From: Candidatus Latescibacterota bacterium
GTDB taxonomy: Bacteria; Latescibacterota; UBA2968; UBA8231
DNA: 64,000 nt
Assembly: GCA_965223905.1 (NCBI GenBank)
Contig: CBDCXV010000002.1
Location: 544,001-608,000 of the forward strand
Direction of reading: 5' to 3'
Positions 1-10,888 of the stretch are shown here, one piece after another. Position 1 is the first letter of the stretch; every line of letters begins with the position of its first letter. The translations under genes were made by a program, and so were the position numbers. The notes beneath the pieces were generated by a model. It saw nothing but the letters and a program-made list of their open reading frames with translations, had not been told where the DNA came from and did no database searches.

Positions 1-2
1 CT

Positions 3-740
3 CTCGACTCCGGGGACTGGGTCGAGCTTCACAACCATGGCGCCGTCCCCGTCGAGATCGGGGGCTGGCGCTTTCGCGATGCGGGGAACTCGCCCGACTT
101 CATTCTGCCCCCCGATGTCCTTCTCGAGGCGGGCGGCTACGTGGTGCTTTGCCGTGACAGCACCGATTTCAGAATGGCCTTTCCGGAGACCGATGGCTGT
201 CTCGGCGACTTTCCCTTCGGCCTGAGCAGCCGCGGGGACCACATTACTCTTTTGACCGGCCTGGAGCGGGTGGTCGATTCGGTGGTGTATGACGAGCGCC
301 CTCCCTGGCCGACCGAGCCGAACGGAACCGGCTTCACCCTGGCCCTGATCGAGCCCACGGCCGACAACTCCCGCCACGAAAACTGGTACGCCTCACCCGA
401 CGGGGGGACCCCCGGAGTGTGGAATGCTCCGGCCACTCCCTCCGCATCGAATCCGGGGGTGAGGGCGGTCAGCTATCCGAATCCCTTTTACACCAGTGCC
501 ACGGTGTTCCTGAGCCTGTCGAGAACTTCCAATGTGTCCGTTCAGGTGTTCAACCTGCTGGGAGCCCATGTGGCGACCCTTGTCGATGACGAGATCATGG
601 AGGCGGCCGAGCACTCGCTTGTCTGGGACGGCCGGTCCGCGGCCGGACATGAGGTCGCCTCGGGAGTCTACCTGTGCCGCATCACGATCAACGGGTTCCC
701 CATGACCAGGAAGATGTTGAAGGTCGCGCGAAATCGGTGA
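3..740 (+). CDS. 5'-partial secreted protein: lamin-tail domain (LTD) plus C-terminal FlgD-Ig/T9SS-like domain (possibly the tail of a CotH-type protein)
   Basis: Frame is open from the window edge. LDSGDWVELHN...GWRFRD...F.LP...GGYVV and F.LS..GD.I.L...VDSV.Y...GTPG..N are LTD motifs. C-terminus SYPNPFY...VFNLLG...WDGR...VASGVYL. Confidence 0.8.
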   Translation, partial: LDSGDWVELHNHGAVPVEIGGWRFRDAGNSPDFILPPDVLLEAGGYVVLCRDSTDFRMAFPETDGCLGDFPFGLSSRGDHITLLTGLERVVDSVVYDERPPWPTEPNGTGFTLALIEPTADNSRHENWYASPDGGTPGVWNAPATPSASNPGVRAVSYPNPFYTSATVFLSLSRTSNVSVQVFNLLGAHVATLVDDEIMEAAEHSLVWDGRSAAGHEVASGVYLCRITINGFPMTRKMLKVARNR

Positions 741-993
741 CCTGAAGGTCGAATCCGCTCAACAGCTCCAAGGGGCTGCGTAATGGCGCGGTGGTCCACT
801 TCCCGGGGAGGACCTCTGCCGCCCGACAGCGACCCGAGCCACGCCGGCGCGCCCCATCGAGACATCCCCCCAACCGCCGGAACTTCTTGAATTTGAACAG
901 CTTGGAGACGAACTTCATGGCGGCCTTCGGTCGCGTTTCGCTTCCCTTCCTCTCTACCCCGCCTTTTGAAGGTTACTCAGGAGTCAGTGTCTG

Positions 994-1674
994 ATGGATA
1001 GCCTGTTGCTCGATTTCGGGACGATCAAACTCCACTGGAACCAGGTCCTTCTCTCCCTCGTATTCGCCTTTTGCCTTTCGAGCATAATCGCAATGGTGTA
1101 CGAGTGGACGTTCCAGGGCCTGTCCTGGTCTCGCGGTTTGATGCAGACCATGGTTCTGGGCAGCATCATCACCTGTCTGCTGATGATTGCGATCGGCGAC
1201 AACGTCGCCCGGGGCATCGGTATCGTGGGGTCGCTGGCCATCATCCGTTTTCGCACCAACCTGCGCGATCCGCGCGATCTGGTGTTCCTCTTCGCTGCTC
1301 TTGGTGCCGGGGTAGCCTGCGGCGTTCAGAGCTACCTCGCCGCCACCTTCGCAACCGCCCTGTTCTGTACGATCGCGGTAGTCATGCACGCGTCGCTGTT
1401 CGGCACGCGGATGAAATTCGATGGACTCGTGCGCTTCCAGATACCGGCGGGGCCGACCTTTGCCGCCCAGGTGGCCCGGATACTGCAAGAGGTACCGAGA
1501 ACGTTCGCCCTGGTCACCATGCGGGACGTCGCCCAGGGCGATCTCGTCGACTGCACCTACCAGGTGAAACTCGCCGACGAAGCGGACTCGACGCGGCTGA
1601 TCGAGGTTCTCGGACAGATCGAAGGCATACGCGGGCTGACCTTCATGAACCACTCCTCTGCCGTAGAGGTGTAG
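994..1674 (+). CDS. DUF4956-family membrane protein (several TM helices plus C-terminal ACT-like domain)
   Basis: Signature GIGIVGSLAIIRFRTNLRDPRD, hydrophobic helices, RBS AGGAG upstream. Confidence 0.85.
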   Translation: MDSLLLDFGTIKLHWNQVLLSLVFAFCLSSIIAMVYEWTFQGLSWSRGLMQTMVLGSIITCLLMIAIGDNVARGIGIVGSLAIIRFRTNLRDPRDLVFLFAALGAGVACGVQSYLAATFATALFCTIAVVMHASLFGTRMKFDGLVRFQIPAGPTFAAQVARILQEVPRTFALVTMRDVAQGDLVDCTYQVKLADEADSTRLIEVLGQIEGIRGLTFMNHSSAVEV

Positions 1675-1677
1675 TGG

Positions 1678-2769
1678 ATGAAGCGCTGGCTGAGGAGGAA
1701 CTCTTTCCGTGCCCTGTGGGTGGCGGGCGTGCTTGCCGCGGCCACCGGCTATCGGGAGTGGCGTGCCGACCCGTATCTGATCGGCACGGTGGTATCGACG
1801 GTGCGCTCGGTGGGCGCTCGCGAGGGAGGTACCATCCAGGAGGTGAGTACCGCAGTGGGGGAAAGCGTCGTGGCCGGCCAGGTCCTGGCTCGCCTGGACG
1901 CCTCCGACCTGTTGGCGGAAAAACGACTGCGTCAAGAAGAGCTGGCCTCCCTGGAGTCGATAGTATCTGCAGACCGGCGTCGATACAGCGTCGAGTACGA
2001 CCTGTTGCGGCTGCGCGTGTCCGAGCAGTACGCCGCCGTCCAGGCGGAGGAGGCCGAGCTCGAGGCCCTCGGCCGGGAAATCGCCGCGCTTGTAGCAGCG
2101 GAGAAAGCCGGCCTGGGACACGATCGCGATCTCACCCGCATGACCATCCGCCGCGATGCCCTGGCGCAGTCGGTAGCCGGACAGTCGACGCTCATTCGGC
2201 CCGACGTGCTCAAGCTTGGCGCCGGCGATTCGGGTGCCTATGGCGACAGCATCATGATTTCGCTTCTCGGCGACCGCGTGCAGCGCCAGCACGAGGTCCG
2301 GCAGTCCCTCGCCCTGATCGATCAGCGCATCGAGTACCGGACGGTCAGGTCGCCGTGTGCGGGATCGGTCTCCGAGATCCTGGCCTTGCAGGGAAGTACG
2401 GTCGATGCTTTCGTGCCCATTGTTTCCGTGGGGAGCGCCGACGCCTCCGCGGTTGAAGTGTACGTCCCGGAGACGGAGGACCTGCAGTTCGATGTCGGAC
2501 AGGAGGTGGAAGTGATGTCGAGGCGGTCGAGCGAGTTCGACGCCAGGGGGAGGATCGACTTCGTGCATCCTGGGTACTCACCGATGCCCGAGAGGCTGTG
2601 GCTGCGCGGGCAGATGTTGTGGGCCAGAAGGGCCCGTGTCCTCCTCGAGCCGGGCCACCTCCTGCTGCCCGGCGAGTCCGTACGCGTACGCCTTGCCGAT
2701 CGCCCGTCCGCACCGTGGGGCGCCTTCGCGGAAGAGAGCGATCCGGAAATCGGGAGACCGGGGCGATGA
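1678..2769 (+). CDS. HlyD/membrane-fusion (periplasmic adaptor) protein
   Basis: N-terminal TM, lipoyl halves GTIQEV...GESVVAGQVLARLD and VRSPCAGSV, long coiled coil, beta-barrel with G.I.FV.P and LLPGE.V.V. Confidence 0.85.
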   Translation: MKRWLRRNSFRALWVAGVLAAATGYREWRADPYLIGTVVSTVRSVGAREGGTIQEVSTAVGESVVAGQVLARLDASDLLAEKRLRQEELASLESIVSADRRRYSVEYDLLRLRVSEQYAAVQAEEAELEALGREIAALVAAEKAGLGHDRDLTRMTIRRDALAQSVAGQSTLIRPDVLKLGAGDSGAYGDSIMISLLGDRVQRQHEVRQSLALIDQRIEYRTVRSPCAGSVSEILALQGSTVDAFVPIVSVGSADASAVEVYVPETEDLQFDVGQEVEVMSRRSSEFDARGRIDFVHPGYSPMPERLWLRGQMLWARRARVLLEPGHLLLPGESVRVRLADRPSAPWGAFAEESDPEIGRPGR

Positions 2770-4079
2770 GAGCAGGCGGCCGGTTTCTCGTGGTGCTGGC
2801 CCCTTTCGTTGCGATCCCCGGTTCGACGGCAGCCTCGGCCGATCTCCCGGGCGAAGCCCCGGGCGTTCACAACGCCGGCAACAAGGGCGGGGTGCCCCTG
2901 ACGATTGAAGAAACGGTGGCGGTGGGTTTGGACAACAACCCGCGGCTGCGTGCGTTCGAAACAGAGACGGACGTTCGCATCCACCGGATTCGCTCGCTCG
3001 ACTGGATCGACAATCCGGAGCTGCGCGTCCGCAACCTGGCCTCTCGGCGCGGGAGGGCCCGGTTCGACGAACTCGAGATCGGCATCCGCTGGCGTCCTCC
3101 TTCCCTCGGTGAGGTGGGAGCGCGACGGCAGCGGAAGCAGGTAGCCTTGTGGGAGCGCAAGGTGGAGGCGGTGAGGGAGCGGCATTGGCTGGCTTCGCGA
3201 GTGCGCCGGTCCTGCGCCGATATCGCCATGCATGCCGAACTGGCCCGCATCGCCGCCATGCGGGTTGAGAATGAGAACCTGCGGATCTCCCAGATCGAGA
3301 CCATGATGGACCTCGGCCGGAGGTCGATCGTCTACTTCACCAAGGCAAAAACGGTCGTTGCCGAGGCGCGCCAGGGTCACCTTCGCAGCTTGCACGCACT
3401 GCGGGAGGAAGAGCGCAGGTTGCGACGACTCACAGGTATCTCCACGCAGACCCGGGTGCTTTCGGAGCCGCTTCCCGAAGTCGCCTTGAATGAAGAGCGA
3501 CTCCTCGTCCTCGCCTACGCCAACCGCCCGGAGCTTCGGTTGGCCGAGGAGCAGCGACAACTCGCCCTCGAAAGGCGAAACCTCGAGAGCTGGCGGCTGC
3601 TGCCGCAGTTGTCCTTCCTGGAGGTTTCCCGACACTTCGAGCGTTCCGAAGGCGACTGGCATGAGCTGGTCTTCGGCCTCGAGCTCCCCCTCTTCAACCG
3701 CAATGCGGGCAACCTGGCCGGCGTTTCCCTTGCGGTGTCGGGAAGCGAGCTCGAGGTCCTCTCCGTTCGCGAGCGCATCGCCGAGGAGGTCCGCGAAACG
3801 CTCTCGGACTACAGGGAAACACTGCTCGCCCGCGACCTGACTCTCCGGGAGGGCGAGGCCATCATCCAAGGCTCGTCGCAGGTTATCGCCGAGACACGGG
3901 ACTACCCTACCGTGCCGGCTGACGAGATCCTGGAGCTCGAGCGCACGATCATGGATGCTCGGGTCGCAATCGCCGAGAGCCAGCGCGATCTGGCGCACGC
4001 GCTCTATTTCCTTTTCTACGAGCTGGGCATCGAGGATCCGGGGGTCCTGCAGGAGGAGGAGGCCCACGATGGCGGTTGA
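2766..4079 (+). CDS. TolC/outer-membrane efflux family protein
   Basis: ATG overlaps the HlyD stop (ATGA). Signal peptide. OEP-repeat motifs LTIEE.V..GLDNNP.L, AYANRPEL, LELPLFNRN. Confidence 0.85.
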   Translation: MRAGGRFLVVLAPFVAIPGSTAASADLPGEAPGVHNAGNKGGVPLTIEETVAVGLDNNPRLRAFETETDVRIHRIRSLDWIDNPELRVRNLASRRGRARFDELEIGIRWRPPSLGEVGARRQRKQVALWERKVEAVRERHWLASRVRRSCADIAMHAELARIAAMRVENENLRISQIETMMDLGRRSIVYFTKAKTVVAEARQGHLRSLHALREEERRLRRLTGISTQTRVLSEPLPEVALNEERLLVLAYANRPELRLAEEQRQLALERRNLESWRLLPQLSFLEVSRHFERSEGDWHELVFGLELPLFNRNAGNLAGVSLAVSGSELEVLSVRERIAEEVRETLSDYRETLLARDLTLREGEAIIQGSSQVIAETRDYPTVPADEILELERTIMDARVAIAESQRDLAHALYFLFYELGIEDPGVLQEEEAHDGG

Positions 4080-4839
4080 GCTGCCCGCGGTCCACCGCTA
4101 CGAGTTGAAGTACACGGTGACCGAGCGGCAGGCCGCGGAAATCCGCGATTTCATTCAACCGCTGTTTTCAATCGACGCCAACGTCCCCACGGAGCAGGGA
4201 AGCTACACGGTCAACAGCGTGTACATGGATACTCCCGGGTTGCGCTTCTACCACGACACCAGGCTTCGTCAGCTGCTGCGGTTCAAACCGAGAATCCGTT
4301 TTTACGGCACCGGCGCGGTCGAGTATGTCACCCTCGAGGTCAAGTACCGCCACAACCGCACCGTCTGGAAGGTCCGCGACCGAATCGCTATGACGGAGTG
4401 GCCCGGGGTGCTCGAAATCGCCAGGAGCGAACGCACCTCGCCGACGTACGAGGCCCTGCCGCGGTCCTTCGTCGACGTCCATCATCTGTACGGCACCGCG
4501 CCCGTGCTCCATCTCCGCTACCACCGGGAGCCCTTCGTCAGCGACGTGGACGCGTACGGACGCATTACGTTCGACCGCGGTATGCGCTACCGGCTGATGC
4601 GCGGTTCGTACGACCTGTCGGGCCATGATGAGGAGATGAGCTACTACGACGACGCGGTCACCGCGCAGTGGGCGGAGTCCCCGGTCGTTATGGAGATCAA
4701 GACCGAATCCCTGGTGCCTTTCTGGGCGCTGGACCTCATCAAGCGTTTCTCCCTTGTCCAGCGCGGATACTCCAAGTACCGCTACGTGATCGACCACTGT
4801 CTCGAGCGCCTCGGTAGCCGAAACGACATCGCAGTGTGA
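4069..4839 (+). CDS. VTC-domain (polyphosphate polymerase-like, CYTH/TTM fold) protein
   Basis: Motifs RYELKY, SVYMDT, KPRIRFY, LEVKY, YHREPF, RITFD, MEIK, SKY. Strong GGAGG RBS. Overlaps the TolC stop. Confidence 0.88.
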   Translation: MAVELPAVHRYELKYTVTERQAAEIRDFIQPLFSIDANVPTEQGSYTVNSVYMDTPGLRFYHDTRLRQLLRFKPRIRFYGTGAVEYVTLEVKYRHNRTVWKVRDRIAMTEWPGVLEIARSERTSPTYEALPRSFVDVHHLYGTAPVLHLRYHREPFVSDVDAYGRITFDRGMRYRLMRGSYDLSGHDEEMSYYDDAVTAQWAESPVVMEIKTESLVPFWALDLIKRFSLVQRGYSKYRYVIDHCLERLGSRNDIAV

Positions 4840-4991
4840 GGCCTCCACTGGCAGCTACCTGAGGCTTCACCACGGTACGAAATACATTTTCCGACCAACC
4901 GGCTGCTCTTGTTCCACCGCCTCCGCTGCACTGGGCACGCTAAAACGGTGCGGGTGTCCGGAACCGCAACCGGATCGTGCCGGCCAAGCCA

Positions 4992-6893
4992 TTATGCGGT
5001 TTTTCTTTCTGGAATAACCGGCAACAGAACGTGCGACGGTTGCGCCGCGTTGTGGTGGACCCTGTTGTCCGCGCCCTGTCGCCGCCGCTCCCGGCCGATG
5101 GGGTCGCCGGTGTTGGGGTTGACGTCGAAGCGGGGGAAGTTCGAGCTGGAAACGTCGAGGCGGATCCGGTGCCCGGCGGCGAACAGGTTGCTCGTCGGGT
5201 AGAGGGTGATCGTCAGCTCGGCGACCTCGCCCGGCTCCAGCAGCTCCCCCTTTTCGCGCCCGTTGCGGTAGCGCAGGCGCGCGATGCTGTCGGTCAGGTT
5301 GAGCGCGTACCCGTGCGGATACCAGCGGCTCGGCGGATAGCAGTCGACCAGCTTGGCGGTGAAGTCCGTATCCGGCGCCGCCGACGAGACCCACAGCTTC
5401 ACCTCGATCGGTCCGGTCACCTCCACGTCCCCGGCCAGCGGCCCGGTGGCGAAGACCAGCACGTCCGGCCGCGAGCCCAGCGGCAGGTAGGGAGGCGCAC
5501 AGCCGTAAAACTCCGGCCCCTCCACCTGGTCGAACCCGCCCGGCACCATCAGCTGCTCCACCCGCGCCCGCCACGGCGCATTAGCGGAATCCCCCACGCC
5601 CGGAGGCAGCGGGCCGATCTCGGAAAGCGAGGAGACATTGCCGCCGATCGAGGGCACCGGGTTGGCCGGGTCGAAGCGATAGACCGTATCGCCGCCGTCC
5701 GCGGCCGGCTCTTCCGTCGACAGGGTGCCGTCGCCCTGCAGGTAGTACCTGGTATTCTGCGTCCGCGCCAGCGGCCACTCGGCTTCGTCGCGCCAATGCC
5801 CCCCGTGGAAAAGCCGGCCGCTGCTGGTGCGATACCCGCCGCCGCCGCCCATGGCGAAGATCCGCACCGGCGGCGCCCTCTCCTCGCCGTTGTCGACTCC
5901 CTTGAGCACCCGGTCGAAGAAGCGCAGGTGCAGGTCGCGGAAGTCGGCCAGCGCCGCCTCCTCGCCGAACTCCACGTCCCCTGCAACGCTCTGCTCCAGG
6001 GTCTGCGTCCCGTGCGTCCACGGCCCCATGAGCATGCGCACCGGCCCCTGCTTGCGGGCCGCGAGCCCCTCGTAGTTCTTGCAGGTCGAGCGCGTGTAGG
6101 AATCGTACCAGCCCCCGATGAGCAGCATCGGCACGTCGGGGAAGTCGTCCCAGAAGAGGGCCGGCGCGTAGCTCGGGTGCTGCCAGTACTCGTCGTAGTC
6201 GGCCCTGGTCAGCAGGTCCAGCGCCCACTTCTCGTAGGGCGGCACCAGCTCGAGCTGGGTCTGTCCCTTGCGCAGCGGCATGCGCGTCAGCCAGTCGGCA
6301 AAGGTCGGGGCGCCCAGGTTCAGGGCGGCGTCGACCGCCGGGTCGGCTTTCAACGCGCGCTGCGTGTTGGCCGCCGAATGCCAGAAGGCCCACGCCAGGA
6401 ACCGCAGCTCCAGGGCGCCTCCGTGCCGCACCGAAGACTCGTGCGCGTCGGCGCCGCTCATGTTGACCACCATCGCCTTTAGGTTCGCCGGCCCCAACGC
6501 CGCCATCGCCGTCTGCGTCCAGCCCGACCAGGAGGTCCCCCACGACCCCACCTTGCCGTTGCTCCACGGCTGCCGGTCGATCCACTGCAGGGCGTCGTAC
6601 CCGTCCTCGGCCTCGGGCAGCAGGAAATTGACGTCCCCCTCGGACCGGAACGTCCCGCGGCAGTCCTGGTACACCGCCACGTACCCGCGCTGGGCGAAGA
6701 ACCGGCCGTACCCGCCGGTGCGCTCGACGTCGCTCTTGTCGTAGGGGGTGCGGTGGAAGACCGCGGGGAACTTCCCGGGCAGCGGCTCCCCGTCGCGGGC
6801 GGGGAAGTACAGGTCGGTCGCCAGCCGCACCCCGTCGCGCATTTCCACCATTGCATCGCGTTCTGTTACCACGTCGTAGAGGCCGTTCGTCAT
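4992..6893 (-). CDS. CocE/NonD family (peptidase S15-like) alpha/beta hydrolase
   Basis: MRDGVRLATD.Y.P, RTPYDK, QD.RG...SEG, nucleophile GTSWSG, GWYD, GPWTH, SSSNFPRF. AAGGAG RBS. Confidence 0.93.
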   Translation of the reverse strand: MTNGLYDVVTERDAMVEMRDGVRLATDLYFPARDGEPLPGKFPAVFHRTPYDKSDVERTGGYGRFFAQRGYVAVYQDCRGTFRSEGDVNFLLPEAEDGYDALQWIDRQPWSNGKVGSWGTSWSGWTQTAMAALGPANLKAMVVNMSGADAHESSVRHGGALELRFLAWAFWHSAANTQRALKADPAVDAALNLGAPTFADWLTRMPLRKGQTQLELVPPYEKWALDLLTRADYDEYWQHPSYAPALFWDDFPDVPMLLIGGWYDSYTRSTCKNYEGLAARKQGPVRMLMGPWTHGTQTLEQSVAGDVEFGEEAALADFRDLHLRFFDRVLKGVDNGEERAPPVRIFAMGGGGGYRTSSGRLFHGGHWRDEAEWPLARTQNTRYYLQGDGTLSTEEPAADGGDTVYRFDPANPVPSIGGNVSSLSEIGPLPPGVGDSANAPWRARVEQLMVPGGFDQVEGPEFYGCAPPYLPLGSRPDVLVFATGPLAGDVEVTGPIEVKLWVSSAAPDTDFTAKLVDCYPPSRWYPHGYALNLTDSIARLRYRNGREKGELLEPGEVAELTITLYPTSNLFAAGHRIRLDVSSSNFPRFDVNPNTGDPIGRERRRQGADNRVHHNAAQPSHVLLPVIPERKTA

Positions 6894-7298
6894 AACGCTG
6901 CTCCTTGTTTTTTTCTGTTCGGGCACCGGCCGCAAAAATCAGCCCCCCGGCCCGTTTTTCAGCCAGCCGGAGGGGCTGGTTGGCAACAGCGCCGCCACCT
7001 GGCCTCGTGACCCTGGCTCGTCCGCATGGCCCGGCTCGCATGAGCCGTTGGCTTCGAACCGAGCCAAACCCAGGTCGCCAACCAGCAGACCAAGGTTTTT
7101 CAGGACCCTCGCCTTGCAGTAGAATGTGGGCGGGAGGACAGCGCATGGCCATGCACGCGATCGTCGGATGCTGCGCCTCGGGGCGGGAGCACATCTCGGC
7201 CATGAGGCCGATCGTCAAGCGCTGGAAGGCGCTATGGGGTCCAAAGCCGAAGTGATCGGGAAACGGGGTGTTTCCGAGCAAAGGGAGTCGGGATCGAA

Positions 7299-8588
7299 TT
7301 GAAAACCGTTGACGAGCTGCAGCATGAGATCCACCTCATGCAGGCCATCTTCGACAGCATCAGCGACGGCGTGATAGTCGCCGATGAGAACGGCAGCCTC
7401 ACCTTCAACAAAAGTGCGCAACAGATCGTCGGTGGCAGGCTGGATACGGTCCTCGAACAATGGACGGAGGAGTACAGCATCTTCTACCCCGACAAGGTCA
7501 CGCCCATTCCAAAAGAGGAACTGCCCCTGGTGCGCGCCATGCGCGGGGAAGCGACCGATGAGATGGAGATGTTCATCCTCACTGCGGCCAAGCCTGAAGG
7601 CGTTTATATAAGCGCCAGCGGCAGGCCCATTACTTCGCCGGGCACTGCCGCTCTCGGCGGGGTCATCGTCTTCCGGGATGTGACGGAAAGAGTGCGGGCC
7701 GGAGAAGCCCTGGCCCAGGCCTTCGCCCAGGGCCGCCTCGAGGTCATGGACACCATCCTGCACAACATCGGCAATGCCATAAACAGCGTGGCCATCGGCA
7801 TCGGAACACTCAAGGAACAGTTGGCCGACAATCTGCTGATCGAACGGTTGTCGGGCCTGTCACAAGCCGTCGGGGCGCATTCGGAGGATTGGATCGACTA
7901 CCTCCGGCATGACCCGCAAGGCCGGAAGGTGCGGCCGTTTCTCCTGGCTCTTGCCGAGGACCTCGTAAAGCAGAATCAGAAATTGATCGGCACGGTTGAA
8001 CGCGTCGACAGCCAGACGGGTCAGATCGTCGACATCGTCCGCGCCCAACGGGGTTTCGACAGCAAGGCCATGACCTGCAAGGACGTCAACCTGCGTGAGG
8101 CCATCTTCGGCTGCCTGAGGATCCTGGAGAACTCGTTTTCCAGCCGGGGAATCCGCACACATGTCAACTGCGGCAGCGCCCCGGAAGAGATCCGCATTCA
8201 GGAGACCCAGTTCAACCAGATGCTCGTCAACCTGCTCAAGAACGGGATGGAAGCCATCGACGAGTTGAAGCAGTCAGGGGGTCTCGAAGGAGAGTCTCGC
8301 ATCGAGATAAGAGCCAGCGTCAGCCAGGACCTGCTCGTCCTCGAGGTGGAGGACAACGGGGTCGGCATCGACCGGAAGAACCTCCAGGCGATCTTCAGGG
8401 CGGGTTATACGACGAAGCGGGAAGGGAGCGGGCTCGGTCTGCACTCGGCGGCCAATTTCGTCACCAGTATCGGGGGTAAAATCCAACCCTTGAGCCGCGG
8501 CCATGGCACGGGCGCCACCATGCGCGTCACGCTGCGGCTCGATTCCGCCGGTCGGGATCGGGACACCACGCCGGCAACCCCTGCCTGA
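7299..8588 (+). CDS. Cytoplasmic PAS sensor histidine kinase
   Basis: PAS (SISDGVIVAD..G...FN, FRDVTER), H-box LHNIGN, N-box NLLKNG.EA, DNGVG, TTK..GSGLGL. No TM segment. TTG start. Confidence 0.9.
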   Translation: MKTVDELQHEIHLMQAIFDSISDGVIVADENGSLTFNKSAQQIVGGRLDTVLEQWTEEYSIFYPDKVTPIPKEELPLVRAMRGEATDEMEMFILTAAKPEGVYISASGRPITSPGTAALGGVIVFRDVTERVRAGEALAQAFAQGRLEVMDTILHNIGNAINSVAIGIGTLKEQLADNLLIERLSGLSQAVGAHSEDWIDYLRHDPQGRKVRPFLLALAEDLVKQNQKLIGTVERVDSQTGQIVDIVRAQRGFDSKAMTCKDVNLREAIFGCLRILENSFSSRGIRTHVNCGSAPEEIRIQETQFNQMLVNLLKNGMEAIDELKQSGGLEGESRIEIRASVSQDLLVLEVEDNGVGIDRKNLQAIFRAGYTTKREGSGLGLHSAANFVTSIGGKIQPLSRGHGTGATMRVTLRLDSAGRDRDTTPATPA

Positions 8589-8669
8589 CGCCTTCTGCTG
8601 TTTCTGTGAGCCTCGAAACCACCATTTCGAAGTCGTCCCTCGTGACCGGGCGACCATAAAGGCAGCTGC

Positions 8670-10589
8670 ATGAAAACAAACCCCTCCTGGAACTACCGCG
8701 TGCTGGTCGTCGACGACCAGGATGAAATCCACAACGACTTCGAAGAGATGCTGGCTTCCGGCTCCACCAGGAGGGCGACGGATGACTTGGCGTCGGCGTT
8801 CGTCCGGGAGACCGGAAAACTCGTTCTGCCGCAGTTCGAGCTTTCCCATGCGACCAGCGGGGATGAAGCCTGCGACATGGTCAAGGCGGGCAGGGAATCG
8901 AACCGCCCCTTGGCGATGGCCTACGTCGACGTCAGGATGCCCCCGGGTACCGACGGCATCGAAACCGTGCGCAGGATCCGGAAATTCGAGCAGGATATCG
9001 AAATCGTCATCATGACCGCGTACTCCGACAAGACGCTGCCGGAGATCGTCGACGACATGGAGTTTCTTCACAAACTGCTGTATATCCGCAAGCCGTTTTC
9101 GCGGGAGGAGATCCAGCAGATCACGCTGTCGCTTACCGGGAAGTGGAACATCGAGCAGGAGCTGGCGGAGCACCGGCATGAACTTGAAACCAGCAATCGG
9201 CAGCTGGAAGCCAGCAACCAGAGACTCGAGGCGGTGCTCGACGCGACCGGAGATGCCATCGGCATGTTCAATGCCGGCGGACGCCTCCAGGTCGCGAACC
9301 AGGGGTATGAGAAGCTTCTCGACGCCACGGAAAGCGAGCTGAAGGAAATGCCCGCAAGAGACCTCAGGGCACGCCTCATGGCGCGCCTGCGGCCGCCCGT
9401 TCTGCCCGAATCGGAAGGCGGGCTGGTTCTCGGCAGCAGCGGCGAACTCGAGGAGGAAGTCACCGAAGCCGGCGTCTCCAAACCCCGGCTGTTTTACCGC
9501 TCGACAGCGCCCGTGAACGACAGTCGACAGAGCTCAACGGGGCATGTCGTCATTTACCGCGACGTGTCCCGGGAGGTCGAGAGCGAGCAGATGAAAGCCG
9601 AAGTGTTGCGCTTGCGCGCCGAGCTGGGAACGACGTACGGCTTTGACGGCATGGTGGGGAAAAGCAATAGGATGCGGGACCTCTACGCGCTGATGCAGCG
9701 GGCGGCCGAAAGCGACATCACGGTGCTGGTTCAAGGGGAAAGCGGCACCGGCAAGGAGCTCGTCGCCAGGCTGATCCACTACAACAGCCCGAGAAAGACA
9801 GGCCCGTTCGTCGCCGTCAACTGCGCTGCCATCCCCGAGACCCTGATCGAAAGCGAGCTGTTCGGACATGAACGCGGGGCCTTCACCGGGGCGTCGACGC
9901 GGCGTATCGGGCAGTTCGAGCGCGCCCAGGGGGGAACCGTTCTGTTGGACGAGATCGGCGACATGCCCATCGCCCTGCAAGCCAAGCTGCTGCGCGTCCT
10001 GGAAGAGCGGGAGATCCAGCGGGTGGGGGGAACATCGGCGATTGCGATCGACATTCGCGTGATTTCGGCGACCAACCGGGACCTGGAAGTCGCCGTAAAG
10101 GAAGGCGGATTCCGCGCCGACCTGTTCTATCGCCTCGCTGCCTTTCCCTTTGTCATCCCGCCTCTCAGGGAACACCGCGAAGACATTCCCCTGCTGGCGG
10201 CGCAATTCCTGAAAGACCATGCCGAACGGGCCGGGGAAAACATTCGCGGGATCTCCCCCGCGGCGCTGCAGAGATTGCTCGCGTACGACTGGCCGGGAAA
10301 CGTGCGCGAGCTGAAGAATGCCATTGAACGCGCCGTGTTGCTGGAGACCGCGGACCGGCTTCAGGTAAACAACCTCCCCTCCCAACTTTCCGCCCTGCCT
10401 CCCTCTTCAACCGGCCCCGGAGGTCCTGACCACCCCCCCCTGTCGATGCAGGAAGCGGAGCGGCAGGCAATCGTCCGCGCCCTCGAGGTATCCGGGAGCA
10501 ATATCACCAGGGCGGCCCAGGTACTGGACATCGATCGCACGACCCTGCACCGGAAGCTGAGGAAGTACAACCTGCTGCCGGAGAAGTGA
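8670..10589 (+). CDS. Sigma54-dependent response regulator (REC-PAS-AAA+-Fis HTH; NtrC-like enhancer-binding protein)
   Basis: [67 protein letters not shown]. Confidence 0.95.
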   Translation: MKTNPSWNYRVLVVDDQDEIHNDFEEMLASGSTRRATDDLASAFVRETGKLVLPQFELSHATSGDEACDMVKAGRESNRPLAMAYVDVRMPPGTDGIETVRRIRKFEQDIEIVIMTAYSDKTLPEIVDDMEFLHKLLYIRKPFSREEIQQITLSLTGKWNIEQELAEHRHELETSNRQLEASNQRLEAVLDATGDAIGMFNAGGRLQVANQGYEKLLDATESELKEMPARDLRARLMARLRPPVLPESEGGLVLGSSGELEEEVTEAGVSKPRLFYRSTAPVNDSRQSSTGHVVIYRDVSREVESEQMKAEVLRLRAELGTTYGFDGMVGKSNRMRDLYALMQRAAESDITVLVQGESGTGKELVARLIHYNSPRKTGPFVAVNCAAIPETLIESELFGHERGAFTGASTRRIGQFERAQGGTVLLDEIGDMPIALQAKLLRVLEEREIQRVGGTSAIAIDIRVISATNRDLEVAVKEGGFRADLFYRLAAFPFVIPPLREHREDIPLLAAQFLKDHAERAGENIRGISPAALQRLLAYDWPGNVRELKNAIERAVLLETADRLQVNNLPSQLSALPPSSTGPGGPDHPPLSMQEAERQAIVRALEVSGSNITRAAQVLDIDRTTLHRKLRKYNLLPEK

Positions 10590-10670
10590 ACCGCCTGCCC
10601 GGCAGCCGCCGGCCCAGGTCGGACCGGCCCTGAGGCCAGGCCGGGACCTCCCGGTTCGATCCGGCCCCGA

Positions 10671-10809
10671 TGTGGTAAAATGCCACAGCGCGGCATATCA
10701 CCACAGCCACCGCCCCTTCCCGCCAAGTTACGCATAAGTCACACGATTTCAGAGGGTTAGGCCCTTCTTTCGGCTCCTCGTCCGCTTTCAGCCGTTGTAT
10801 TCTGCATCA
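10671..10809 (+). promoter_or_regulatory. Putative enhancer sites of cassette A (tandem pair plus a third site)
   Basis: TGTGGTAAAATGCCACA 10671-10687, CGCGGCATATCACCACA 10689-10705, CGTTGTATTCTGCATCA 10793-10809. Conserved at 23426-23565. Confidence 0.65.
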
Positions 10810-10888
10810 ATCCTGCTTTTTACAGTCTTCCCGCATTGATCCTCCAACCTCCTTTGTAATCAGGAGGTTAGGCGATTCCTCCAGTGCC

